64,000 nt of DNA from Tubiluchus corallicola (taxonomy: Eukaryota; Animalia; Priapulida), in contig JAQGDQ010000328.1 of assembly GCA_030141605.1 (NCBI GenBank), positions 45,699-109,698 on the forward strand, given 5' to 3'. This document shows positions 1-64,000 of the stretch, piece by piece (the stretch's first letter is position 1; each line of letters begins with the position of its first letter). The notes under the pieces were generated by a model. It worked only from the letters and a program-made list of their open reading frames with translations. It searched no databases and was not told the origin of the DNA. A program made the translations under genes and the position numbers.

Positions 1-400
1 ACTGAATGATCAGAGTTTGAAATCAAAAACTATACTTGCAAAAGACAGCAAAATAACATCAAAATTAGAATTTACGAGATTAAGTGCACTGTTGAAAATC
101 TATTATGGCAGAGAGACTGAATGATCAGAGTTTGAAATCAAAAACTATACCCGCAAAAGACAGCAAATTAACATCAAAATTAGAATTTACGAGATTAAGA
201 GCACTGTTGAAAATCTATTATGGCAGAGAGACTGAATGATCAGAGTTTAAAATCAAAAACTATACCTGCAAAAGACATCAAAATAACATCAAAATTGAAA
301 TTTACGAGATTAAGAGCACTGTTGAAAATCTATTATGGCAGAGAAACTGAATGATCAAGCTTTGAACTCAAAAACTATACCTGCAAAAGACATCAAAATA
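1..400. repeat. 115-bp tandem repeat, about 3.5 copies (cut by window edge)
   Basis: Unit start ACTGAATGATCA recurs at 1, 116, 231 and 346. Confidence 0.95.
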
Positions 401-2340
401 ATGACTCAGTCTCAATACTGACGCAGAATACTATATATTAATAGACAACACGGATGTAGGAAAAAGAGATTATAGTAAAACGTACAGTTCGATGAACTCA
501 TCTCTCTTGCAAAAACAACAACCGGATGCCATAAAATAAAATTTATAGTTTAAAACTATTAAAAGGTATATAAAAACATTTTCGTGAGTAATGTTTGTAT
601 GAATAAGGTTTCAGAGATTCCGCAAAATGCAGTTTATTTAACTGTCACAGCATTTCATTTTAGATCGTCAAATTTGTTTGGCAGTGGTAGCCTTCTATTT
701 AACAAGCCACTTTAAAAGTTAACAAGTAACAAGTTCATAGTGTGGAAAGGCAAAAATTAATGAAGTATCGTTAATTTTTAGCCTACCAAAAAATCTAACA
801 AACAATTTTGCCAAAAGTTGATTTATACAAATTCTTACTTTAATAACTTGACAATTATATCATGTTGTAGATGTTAGCACGAGGTTAATCTTCAAACAAA
901 AACACGCTTGTGCCAAGGGGTAGGGCTATTCAAACTTTTTAGCTTGAAACAAAATCAATTTATTTTATTCGGAAAATCCCTGTGTGCATAAGTGGTGTTA
1001 CAGCTTGAATGATTTTTGATTAATTGTCACAGAACACAATCAGATCTAATTAAATACCTGATAGCAGCTTGCAAAAGGTTTTGACAGAAACACACTACAA
1101 GTTTAAAAACTCAATTTCATACCTTCAAACTTCAAATTTATACCAATCGAAAAATTTAAAACCTTTTTGGAGTAACTTCTGCTAACAGAAATACACAGCT
1201 TGCAGACACATATTTTTATGTAAGTTTCAGACACACATTATATTGTAGTAGTTACAGCAAGTAACTTTGTGCAAGTTTAATGTAAGAAGAACAAACCATA
1301 CAAATTACGAGAAAACTGTCAAAATCACAATCAAACTGAACCAGTGTGCAGTCACAGCACAATCCTGGAATTACGCAACAGTTTCACGTGAATATTTAGC
1401 CCAGGTTATAAGTTTCACAACACAAAGTCACTGTCACAGTTGTTACACACACCTTCCCAAGCTTCACTTTCTAACATCTCTCGCAGAAAACTGCACGACC
1501 TTCCCTTTTGTAGCGCGCTCTTTCCCACATTGATTGATTGATCTCTTGGCAATTGGTGCACTGCAATTGCCTCGGCATATCAGCGGATGGACGGCTAATA
1601 GAAAATGAATCATTGGAAAAACGAGAGGCAAGCAATTAGCTTATGAATTTGGTAGTGTAGCCATGGAGGCACCCGAATGTACCATTAGGATGCCATTATC
1701 CCTGCATATAGACGCCATGTTAGATCGTTTCAGCTAATTAGCGGCTAATTTGGGAGTCTAATTTGACTCATAGCCGGCAATAGTGACAATTTCCAGTAGG
1801 CACTGCATTTACAGCAATCAAATAAGTATATGTACAACAATTGTAGAAATGACATTATAGCTTTACTAAGTTAATCAGAGCTGGATGATAGATAAGAAGT
1901 CAGCCAGACAATCTACAAGTAATCAATCGAGCAGAATTGTTATTCCGCTAAACAACGGAAAATTTTTCCTTACAAAATCTTTTTTTAACTAAAGTAATTA
2001 AAAAAATAAAATATTATATGAAATTATTACAAATAATTAATTTTATTAAATTAATGGTTTTTAAGTAAATTATTCCTAAGTGAAATGCTCAAATTTAGTA
2101 AGAGCAAAAAGGAACTATAATTTTGTTTAATGAACGTGTTAAAATGTTCTGGTACCTGTGAGATAATAAAAAAGTTAAAGCAAATTTAAAACTTTCATCA
2201 ACATTGTAATGTATTTATACACAAGTAAAGAATTAGTGCAACTGATACTTCCATTTTCCGGAATGACAATATCATTGTCAGCAACTAAAGAACAACTTCA
2301 TAATGCTATTTCTAATTAATAAGTTTTTAATTAGAATTGT

Positions 2341-2716
2341 TTTCTTCTTCAAAGACTCGTTCCACCTATTGTAGGCATTGAGGTACCAACATTTATCAGA
2401 GTATTCCACCCACTTCTATCTGCAGCTAACAGCGTAAGTTCTTCCACTCCTAAAGATAGATTTGGTTGAAGTTGTTGCACATCTTTATTTATCTTAGCTA
2501 TCCAAGTTGTTTTAGGTTTACCAGGTGGTTTTTTGCAAGGTTTTAGGACTTCCTTTAAGACGATTCTTACTGATGCTTCATTTGGTAATCTCAGATGTCC
2601 TAGCCATGTTAATCAATGATCTTGACTTTTGAACTCCAAGGAATTTCTTTTGTTCCGGTGTATAAATCTTCATTTTTGATTATGTTTGGCCATCTTATCT
2701 TTAAAACTTTCCTAAC
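2341..2716 (-). mobile_element. 5'-truncated RTE-clade LINE 3' end, degenerate
   Basis: Minus-strand translation RKVLKIRWPNIIKNEDLY..TWLGHL..PPGKPKTTWIAKINKDV..LAADRSGW (one frameshift) fits the RTE ORF C-terminus; ends in GAAGAAGAA. Confidence 0.75.
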
Positions 2717-4453
2717 TGAAATTTTATTTGAAAATTCTGACAGTTACCATTTATCACAAGACGTGCTAGACTTCAAAAATCGTATGTGGATATGAAAGAA
2801 AGTACAGACTATAATCATTTTATATACAGTGCACACGTGGAACGTTGATCCTTTATTATAATACATAAAAGTTTTTACAACATTACTAACACCACACATT
2901 AACCATTAAAACTATCAAAGCAAAAATGTCTAACTCTAACAACGGACAGTATTTATCGAAAAACAAATTATTTTACAAAAATGCTTTTTCTATAACGGTG
3001 TACTAATACTGCAGGCTCTAAAGTTAGCTGTATTCAAGGCTCCCTGCTTATATAGCTTCGATTTGTTGTATGTATTTGTTGTTAGCACAGTTTTTCGTTT
3101 AATGTTACTTGATTGGACATGTCACAGCACAATAAAAGGGAGGGGAAGAAAAGAGAATTTTCAAAGATATCACAAAGAACTCTCTACACATAATTATATT
3201 ACTTAGCATTACGCTACCTGCTTAAAAGACACTTCATGAAATCTTATCTGAGCTAGTACTTACAGTTAAAATGGCTGCGCCTAACAGTCATCGCGGGAGT
3301 TCAAATTTACAAGTTTTATACTTGCTAAAGCAAGCTCATAAACAACAAGACAAAATTTCAAATTTCAAGACGAAATTCTTAAGCTTTATTTACGATGAGT
3401 GTTTTCTTGCACTTTAACTGTTTTAAGAGATTTTTTACCCTGTCTACGTCATATATATACATATTTATTTATCTATTGAAGACACTGATTATTTACTTTG
3501 AACAAAATATTGCACGTATTAGTAAAAAGTAGTTGATCAAGTTAACTAGTACAATCAGAACAACAAACTAATTAAGCAAAACAAAACAAGACAAAACTGG
3601 AAATACAGCAAACAAAATCTATCAAAGCAAATATTACTACAACAACAGTGTACGTTTTTTCTCCTCCTAGTTATGTATGACACCTACAGGAGCAGAAGTT
3701 TGGTTGGCATGCTATATGGTGTACAAGAAAATGCAATGCCAGAAATAGCAGTTCAGAATGAAATAAATTATTGAACATTTCACTACACGATGCATTGCAA
3801 ATGTGTTAGGCTATGCTTAAAGTTATGTAAGAAAATAGTTTACATAGTAAAGGCTAACTATTAATTCAGTTATCAGTCATAAAGTGATTCTTTACTTCCT
3901 GTTAAACCTGTTTTTTCCAGAGTATATATATTTAATCTTGTGCAGGGAATTTCTCCCTGGAAGAACAGTTATGATGTAACTGAGAACACATATCTCCTTT
4001 TCCCATGCATATGTGCACAGTAAATAGTTATGTAAATTGTAAAATGCTAAGATAAATGAACTAAACATTTATTCATTTACATATTACTAACTCGGGATGT
4101 GACATTTAACATAATTTGTCATAATTTAATCATGTATTAGTGCAATTGTTATCATCTGTCATAACGTTTTAATCTTTTTTGTTCATCATTTATTTTCACA
4201 GTCAGGAAAAATGTATAGATCTGACAACACTAGTAAAAACTAAATGTTTGAGGTAAACAAATAAAAACAATTTTTCAATCTGATATAGCTCAAAAATCGT
4301 GAAAACAAACACACCTGACCAGCAAGTTCTTGACATGCCACCAGGATATAATGGGGCAAAGTTCACCTTTTTAAAAAATTTGGCAGTTCGTAATAGTACA
4401 TCGCCCATCGTGGCGATGAGTATCAGACATCTGACATTAGACAAACAGCATGA

Positions 4454-4833
4454 TTGGATAGCCAAGATTCTCCAGAAAACAACAGTACCTAATTTGTAAT
4501 GTCTGTGCTCATACAGTAGCAGAAAAGTCACAGGTCTTATAAGACCTATTTGAATGGTGCGGTCCTGAAGGAGTTAAAAAAAGTCAACGTGGCCTTATTG
4601 GAGAACGACAATCTCTTCTGCGTGGTTCATATAACTCACTATGTGTTGAGAGAGCAATTTTGAAAGTGAATAAAGAAAAATAAAGAAAATGTGGGTAGCT
4701 GTTAGTGTATCTCTACGCAAATGTACCTAGGATTATATATGTAACAATTTACGCACAATTACAATATTATGCTACACACTTTAACAATGCATTCAAAATA
4801 ATATCTAAACTTAAAGAAGATATTCATTACTGT
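4454..4833 (+). repeat. Dispersed repeat or local duplication shared with 14288-14660, containing a piggyBac-like end (GAAGGAG|TTAA)
   Basis: Direct match of about 370 bp (ATGTCTGTGCTCATACAGTAGCAGAAAAGTCACAGG...AAAGAAGATA). Confidence 0.85.
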
Positions 4834-5069
4834 CAAAGTACATTGGCCATCGTGGCATTGTATTTTAGCAAAATCAACACACACGTAGACTGAAGAAACT
4901 TCATACAGGTAGTCGTTGACTTACTGTCTATGCAACTTTAGGATTTCAAAACGCGACTATAGCTTAAATAATCAGTTATACGAAGCTAATTATGAATTTA
5001 AACTAAAACTACTGAGCTCATTTTTGGGAGTTTCTCGTTTATATTATTAACACATAAAAAGGATATCTC

Positions 5070-5462
5070 CAGGGCAGGATTATGACCTTTTGTGGGTCCC
5101 AAGACTAATGACATCACGGAACCCCCTCGGACAGAGCCACCCTCGAACTCATGCTCACTCGTCTTCAATATTTTTACTCACGATATATTCTAGCAACATT
5201 TACTTAGCTTGAAGAAAACTTACTGCGACTTCTTTAAACAAAACTAGAATAGCTATCCTTTGTTTGTCAATAAAAATATTGTCTAAGAAATATCACTATT
5301 TTAATATTTATTGCAAGCCGAATTAGCACATATTTCAACACAACCCTAGTGAACAAACAGATTTTTTTACAAAATGTTACAAAAGCTTCTGCCACCCCCT
5401 CCCCCAACAAAGCTTGAACACCAAGGCTGGAGCCTACTAGACTATATGATAATCCTGCCTTG
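5070..5462. mobile_element. hAT-like MITE
   Basis: Terminal inverted repeats CAGGGCAGGATTAT / ATAATCCTGCCTTG; similar ends at 26538-27067 and 53123-53982. Confidence 0.6.
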
Positions 5463-6469
5463 TTTATTAGCTAATTATACAGAGAACGAAAAGTAGATCT
5501 ATAGAAAAATTCAAGTGAAAAACCGTCTTACAACAAGGCATCAAACTTGAACGTCATTCGTTCTCATCAATAAATTCGCCATCAACAAAAATAACCTTAA
5601 AGAAATACCACCATTTTACTATTCGTTGCAAACTAGAGGGGAAGTTTGTGAAAATGAAAAACAAGAAATCATGATTGAGTGATCAGTTATATGTTTCAAG
5701 TAAGTTTAATTTATAATTTTTTTTTAAATATGGACAGCGAGTTGGCATTTTTAATAGCCGGAGCAATTGAACTCCATATGTAAGGGCCATTGTATTTAAT
5801 AGAAAATTTTCTAACATTTGTGTTGCACTGTATGTAGTGATAGTTCAGTTTACCAAATGTTACCAAAGCTTGGGGGGCCCTAGACTACAGCACATACTAG
5901 CCTGTGGGATAATCCAGCTCTGGCTATCAAGCTAAAAATGACACAAAAACATAGAAAAAAACACAGAACGAAAGCAGGTAAAAACAGCAGGGAGAAACAT
6001 AGAAGTATAAAATTACTAGCCACAGTTATAGATATAGAATAGAATAAAAACAAAAAACAAACTAGAAAAAGTCAGACCAAAAGAAAAAAAATAAAACACA
6101 AATGATAAGTAAGTGAAGGAAGCAAAATATGCATAATAAAATCAAACTAAATACAACGAAACAAAATTATGCAATAGTGTTTAAACAAATTATGTTAAGC
6201 ATAATGTCAAGGACTATGAAACGCAAGAACTAGTACAGAAAAATAACTATTTTTGTTTCCTTCGAAAATTGTCTTAAAAAAACAAAAATAAGCACTCATA
6301 TAGACTCATTTTTGTTCACATGCAGCAAATGATATAGATAGTATAGGACATAAAAGCTAGTTTAACATGTGAAGCGCACTCTTTTTTCCTTGTTCTCTAA
6401 TTGCAAGATCTTGCCATTAAGAATAAACTTGCTACAACAAACAGCTAAATCCGAATAACGTGAGCTTAC

Positions 6470-6605
6470 CATCACCGGTCCCGTAACCAGGTTCATACAG
6501 CCGTGGCAGGACTGGCCAAACTTGGCCCAGTAATCAGCTCGACAGTAAAGCAGAGCATTCTTCTCGAAGTACCAATGGTTAAGCTGCTGTCCACACGCAC
6601 TGCAC
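6470..6605 (-). CDS. LIMK: LIMK exon 3 (end of LIM1, start of LIM2)
   Basis: ttcag|G TGC...GTG ATG|gtaag, 136 bp, phase 2-0. Confidence 0.93.
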
Positions 6606-9600
6606 CTGAAATAACGAACCATTCAGCTGTTAGGAAAACGACTGGTAATCCATGCGGAATTAATTATGGTTAATTGATGCACGGGTGGATGCAGATTTAG
6701 CAGAAGTGGAATGAACTGAAGAAAACAAACCCAGCGTAAGAGAAAAATAACACTTTGTGTATTATTGTATAAACTTTGTAGAAATTATGTTTATACGCAT
6801 ATGGCTACAGAAAAACAATGTTGCAGTTCAGTTTTCTGCTTTGTCTCATTCCAGATGCATACGATATATTATTTAATTACACTCAGTTCATCATAATTAC
6901 ATTGAGACAGGATGGCGAAGGATTATAATGGTCATCTAGCAGTCACCCCTATTTGTAAAACATTTCTATTGTATTTAGTTAATTTAGTAGCGCTATTAGC
7001 AGCTTGAGAGACTCTTATGTTTTACAGTTAACATATTATATAATAAAATCATGTTAGTAGTTAAAAATCAACATATTTTTTACTTTAATAGCATATCACT
7101 TTTTGTTAGTATCTCATATATCTATTAGCGTACGATACACGAATGATGATCCTATTGTGCAATACAAGAGGTCATAGCATAGCAAAACATCAGATCACAG
7201 CATTACATTCATGAATTGCAAGGAAAATAATGTTGGAAAAAATTAAATAAATTTTGAAAAAATGTAGCAATTGTGAATAAGTAGAGAAAAATAAGACTTG
7301 CACTTGAACGTAATAAGTTAATAAAAATGTGTATTATATATATAATAATATGTAATATATAATAAATATGTATTATATATACTACATAAAGGCAAGCTAC
7401 AAAAGTGTAATTCATAATTCTGAGTGAATAATTGAACGAAAAAATAACGAATGAAAAAATATCAAGTGAGGAAATGAATGAATAAATAAATAGATGAATG
7501 GATGATGGATAAATCAGTTAGCCAGTAGGTCAAACACTAAATGCGTTTCACAGAGAAATTCACATAGTGAAAAACTGATTTGGGTCAGTTTATCGAAGTG
7601 GCTTTCTGCAGTATGTAGCCGGTGCTATTAGTACTTAAAACATTAAACGATTAGTCATTTGAGGTGTTCTTGTGGAGACAACACAACTAACTAAATTGAG
7701 AATATAAGAACTCGTTTACGTTTTTTCTACACAGCTTAGCATACACTGCGAGCCGGAATCTAATACAAGATCTACCTAGTACTCAAGATAGACGGTTATG
7801 GAGAGGCCTTAAATCCCATTATGAGTGGCAGAATAAACTATTATAACTGTTTTAGCCACATTTAGATGCATATTTGTGGAATGAACTACTACAGAGATAA
7901 ACAACTATGCTATACATGCATCTTCCACTAACAAGATAAACACCCATAGTCAGAATGGCAAACCAAATTACTGAGAATGCGTATTGAACCCAGCAGTCCA
8001 TTCAGTCACTGGTCAGAGTCCAGGCTGCTTAACTTCAATCAATAAACGCTTACAGTAACCACTCGGCTGTTAACTTTCTCAAATATTTTAACATGTACTT
8101 CTAACATTCTGGAAGCAGGTGTTGAGAAGTTCATCGTTCTATTAAATTGCTATCATTATTAATTAGTTTATTAATTTGCTACTATTGTTAATTAGTTTAT
8201 TAACTTTTTACTATTGATAATTAGTTTATTAATTTTTATTACTATTAATGACTTTATTAATTATTATATCCTTTGTTGCTAAATTAAATTTAATCCTACG
8301 TAAAACCAACAATCGAAGAAAATGCCATGCATACTAGTTTCAACATAGAAAAAGTCAGGCTTGGATACTTACACTGTATAAGAAACAAACTCATCTGGCT
8401 AGTTGGCTCTCAGAATTTTCATTGACAACGCTGTCAAATTTATGTTTTGCTGTTGTCTTTCTGACAATTTTTAAGTTGAGAATAAAATACGTGATGTGAG
8501 AAACATACACGTATTTTGCTTGTTGGTATTCTTCTAAAACAAGCTCCACTACACAAACAGGGATGAGAATGACAAATTGCAAAAAAATCTGAAACAGGGC
8601 GGGGGGTTTGAGGCTGCCTAAGCCCCCAACATGGGGGTTCAAAGGGCAAAGCCCCCTTGGAGCCAGCAACAAATTGCAATTTTGTGACCATAGAGAGCCT
8701 CTAAGTGGACTTAAAATATCAATTACTTGTTTCATGCATAATTTAAAATACCCAACTATCAAGGATACATGATACCTAATTGTCTCAAAACACCTAAGTA
8801 CTGACCTCTCCTATGCAAAAGTATATAAAAACTGTCTGCAATTGACTCAAATAACTCCGCACAATTGATTCTATATTTTTATACATAGAGATATACACGT
8901 GGTTACACTGATGTACGTGATGTAAACAAAATGACGGCCTACCAACAAGCGGTCAGCTTGTAAAATAATGTACTGGGTCCGTAAAAATTTTCTCAACACA
9001 TTTATGCAATTTACAAAAATGGCACTACAGGTTCTTTCAAAAACTTGGAATTCTACGTATCCGCGGAAAGTTCATCCCTGCACAAACTTTGAGAGTTTCC
9101 ATAGCCTGGTCATGTAAAATCAATATACACAAATTGGAAAAATTTCCAAAAACTTAACCAGCATGAAAAGTCAACTTACCTAAAACAGGAATTATGCCAC
9201 TGGGAATTCAAAGCTTGTATGTATTCACCGTGTAAAATCCTCTTGTTACATCTACGACAGACGGGTGCAGCTTCATCTGTAAAAACCATGAAATTAAAAA
9301 ACCTATAAATGCCAATATACTCCGTTACTAAAGACTAGCCAAATCTCACAAAAGCATTTTTGCGTGCAATCAATAATATGCAAACATTCTACATGGTTTT
9401 TGCTTACTGATCCTTTAATGATGATAAACAGACTAACGGAAACATCTTAGTTGCACGTGGCAAAAAATATTAATGCAACAAACTATGTAGTGCAAACTGC
9501 CTCACACTTGTAAAATTTCCACACATTGCAATTTCTGTATGAGGCAACTTTTGCATGGAAAACAAGAGTAAACATTTACTAGACAAGAGGTAAGTTGATT

Positions 9601-10319
9601 GCTTTTAAATGGTCTGATCTGGTTTTGAGTGAAGCAAATTGATGCTCGAGAACAAGATGCAGATGCAGGAACAGGATGGGCTTGTGTGAGACACAAATTA
9701 TGCACATTTCATGAAAAAAATTGAAAAGCATAGTAAAAATCGCTAACATGAACTTGGAATTGAGTTCATAATTATAATTTAAATGTAAGGTCTGGCGGGG
9801 TGTTTATAAATGAAATTTATTTCATATTTTTCAGCTCTACGTACTGACATTTGTTAAACTCATGAAGCAAAAGAACATTTTCGCGACCAGTCTTAAATAC
9901 ACAAAGAATAAGCGACAGAGGGTAAGCAATGAAAAACATTGGTTGGCTAATTCTAGACTATAGCAAGCAAATATTTTTCTGGCAAAAAGCCAAAAAATTA
10001 AAGGTGAACAAATCCGGCAGAGACACAAGACAAAATGAGTTGTTGTGTTTTAAAATATATGATTACCCTATATAAAATGACGAACCAATAAGGTAGTCAA
10101 ATATGACCTGACAGTAGCCTAAACCACCAGCTAACTTTGCCTTTTTCCTTTCATAAAACCACGTGCTTAGCAGTCACATTCTTATCATTTTCTTCAAATT
10201 TTGCTGTTCAGCTTTTTACGTGTAAAAACAAATAAACTTATTTGTTCATCAGTGCATATCAAGTCTATTGCAGCAAAACTACATTTTCATATAACTGGTT
10301 AATGTTTACCTTCCTCCAT
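6470..10319 (-). CDS. LIMK: LIM domain kinase, 5' part (exons 1-3; gene continues beyond the left edge)
   Basis: Spliced product MEEDEAAPVCRRCNKRILHGEYIQALNSQWHNSCFRCSACGQQLNHWYFEKNALLYCRADYWAKFGQSCHGCMNLVTGPVM: LIM1 plus start of LIM2, resembling LIMK1/2 with the same intron positions. Confidence 0.9.
8558..9080 (+). mobile_element. hAT-like MITE family X, copy 1
   Basis: TIRs CAGGGATGA / TCATCCCTG, flanked by direct CACAAA (6 bp); homologous to 51747-52206 and 59422-60185. Confidence 0.85.
9180..9276 (-). CDS. LIMK: LIMK exon 2 (first half of LIM1)
   Basis: ttttacag|AT GAA...TTT AG|gtaag, 97 bp; PVCRRC..YIQALNSQWHNSCFR. Confidence 0.93.
10310..10319 (-). CDS. LIMK: LIMK probable exon 1, coding part (MEE-D)
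   Basis: aaaATGGAGGAAG|gtaaac; good start context; phase 1 fits exon 2. Confidence 0.65.
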
Positions 10320-10450
10320 TTTGCTTCATCTCTGTGCACTGGTGAAAACCGAAACGATTTCACGCACCAAAAATATTGTTTTCCGGCGATGGTCCTCACA
10401 CCAACTACTAGTGCTTCACCAAGATGCAGTGGTAAACAAATTAACAATAG
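10320..10450 (-). promoter_or_regulatory. Putative LIMK 5'UTR and core promoter region
   Basis: Immediately upstream of the candidate ATG, several CpGs, ETS-like CCGGAA near 10381-10386 on the minus strand; positional inference. Confidence 0.35.
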
Positions 10451-11848
10451 ATTTACATTAAATACTATTATTTAAACTGTGCTAACCTCGTTCTGACCAA
10501 TGAAATGTACAGTACTTAATTCATTGTTTCAATACCTGGAGGGTTAGTGATACTTTTGTGCCAACACATTGATTTTGGGCAAAGGATGCAGGAACAAGTG
10601 CTAGGTAGAGTATAACAGCAAAGCATAACTAAATTAACTAACTGATCAGCACTAACAGTGACTAAACTCAGAGGCACAAAGGTTACGAAAAAGCACCAAA
10701 AAGCTTATAATTGTTAAACTAACCTTTACCTACTAACTTGAAATTATCGGTACCAGTTTTTATATTGCAGTTACGCATACATATGTCTAGGATTGCTTTC
10801 GAAATTTTGCTGGACAAAACTAAGAAAAAATTAAACTTAATTACCATTTTGAGTAATTATAACTTGCTAATGACATCGTCGTGCATACATGATTATTATA
10901 TAAAGACCAACCATTGCCTGCATAGATAGGTTATAGGACTATGGAATATGTAATAATGGTTGACTATTGCCTACACTATAACACAGCTCTCAATAATGTA
11001 CAATACATTTTCATAAAACAGGAACTATAGCCAACAGGTCACTCGACCCTCCAAATCAAATGGGCAGAATAATGCCAATTGTTTTTATAAGACACAGAAG
11101 TCTCAAAAAAAGAAAAAAATTTCAAAAGTACACAAAGTTTGCAATTAATGTTACTAAGATATGTTGGGTTTTGCATTTTTTCTTATGATGTGATCCTGGC
11201 CATATTCTTTCCATTGTAAATTTTTCTGTGCAATGAATTTCATGCTTAATTTCTACAGTTATAAACTGTTAAAAATAGTTCTTTTACAGGCTCTTGTGAA
11301 TTTTGTTTTTTTATCCCACTGGAAATAGTTCAGTTGTAAATTGAAATTCATTAATTTGTAAGATCTTTAATTTATTAATTGTACCAATTAATTGTACATA
11401 AAGAATTATTTCCGTGTTATATCATGTCATTATTTAGTAGTATTTTAAATAGATTTTGGAATCATGAATACAGTCTTGTAAAGATGATGTATATTGCTTG
11501 ATTTTGTTCTGCAGTAAACACAATTTGTTTAAAAACTGTGCACAGAAACCACACTAAATCATGCTGACTGCGTGACATCTAAAAAGTTTTAATGATAAAG
11601 AATTTATGCAGTTGAAATGCTGAGTTATTCGAATCCACAATTTTAGGTTCGAATCGAATGCGATTTAAAAAAAAACTTATTCGAATCTAATTGAACGTTC
11701 AATGCTCATCCCTAGCAGTTACTGATAATAGGTTCAGATTTAAAGTAATTCAGATCTTTTATTATTAAGATCATCCGGTTCTTGTTACGTATAAATTCAT
11801 AGCACAGCCAATAATTCAACACACAAATCTGTTTTTGTAATCACAAAC

Positions 11849-11854
11849 TTTATT
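11849..11854 (-). terminator. Candidate poly(A) signal of the RPTP gene
   Basis: AATAAA on the minus strand about 165 nt after the stop codon. Confidence 0.5.
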
Positions 11855-12018
11855 TCTCAGTTCTACCGTTCGACATCTTTTAAAATTCTTTCGTAAATTT
11901 GAGTTTTTCACAATTATAAACTGACATCTGGACTAACAGTCTAATACTACATTTCACAGCATTCTCTATCCACGAGGTGTTTCTAAAATTGCCTACGGCT
12001 AATTGATCATATGTTAAT

Positions 12019-63459
<51,441 letters not shown>

Positions 63460-64000
63460 CTGAAAAACGGCAGTTTGCTCTGAATACCCTTCATACATAA
63501 GGCACAATTGTGTATACGGCACGGGAAGGCCTGGGTTCGATACTTGCTACAGCTGGTTTCATTTGACGTATTGATTCTGACTGTTAAAGCCGTTAAAAGA
63601 GGATGTTTGCCGGCCCATGACTAAGACACCTCTGCAATTCAATGTCTTCTCTTAGAAGATTAGCCAAGATAATGAGCCGAGTTCCAGTCGTGCCACAAAC
63701 AACAACACTGAGTGTTCGTTTCCAGCATTGGTGTGTACTCAAAATAAAGTTTGATCCCTCAACCCATGCAAAGAGACAGTTTGCTCATGCTGAATATGAA
63801 TACAATACGAATATGAATACGGCTACAGCAGACTACACGTGCTCCTACATTTTTTGTGGCAGGCAATAGATTATTTACAGCATTATTCAGAATGAAAGAA
63901 CAGTAGAAACTGGCTCGAAATAGTACGCCTTTGGTATCGCAAGTTCTACAAATTGTTCGTTAAGGATGCACATTTTTTGAAAGTTCACCATTTGATTACA

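Noticed and set aside
533-6469. LIMK exon 4 (HPECF motif)
   Set aside because: Not found on the minus strand in this interval; presumed to lie left of the window
8005-8045. 5S-like fragment GCTGCTTAACTTCAAT
   Set aside because: Too short and degenerate to call

Overview
AT-rich, intron-rich animal DNA, probably a marine invertebrate bilaterian; nothing here looks prokaryotic. Two genes lie in tandem on the minus strand. (1) A receptor-type protein tyrosine phosphatase (RPTP)-like gene spans about 11.85 kb to beyond 64 kb. I traced 32 GT-AG coding exons that join in frame (about 1,840 codons; the N-terminus lies outside the window). The ectodomain repeats a module EGF-FN3(D)-FN3(A, with WSEWS)-FN3(B)-FN3(C), followed by a TM helix, a juxtamembrane CCC and VVYDNV motif, and two PTP domains. 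Both domains lack the WPD aspartate; D1 reads WPF and HCCPGVGRTG. (2) The 5' end of a LIM kinase gene (exons 1-3) lies at 6.5-10.3 kb and continues past the left edge. Introns carry MITEs, LINE fragments, tRNA- and 5S-derived SINEs and mini/microsatellites. The best candidate for a new system is a probable pseudophosphatase receptor with repeated WSxWS modules, inferred inter-domain disulfides, an ITIM-like motif and a possible secreted isoform. All calls are manual; no database searches were run.
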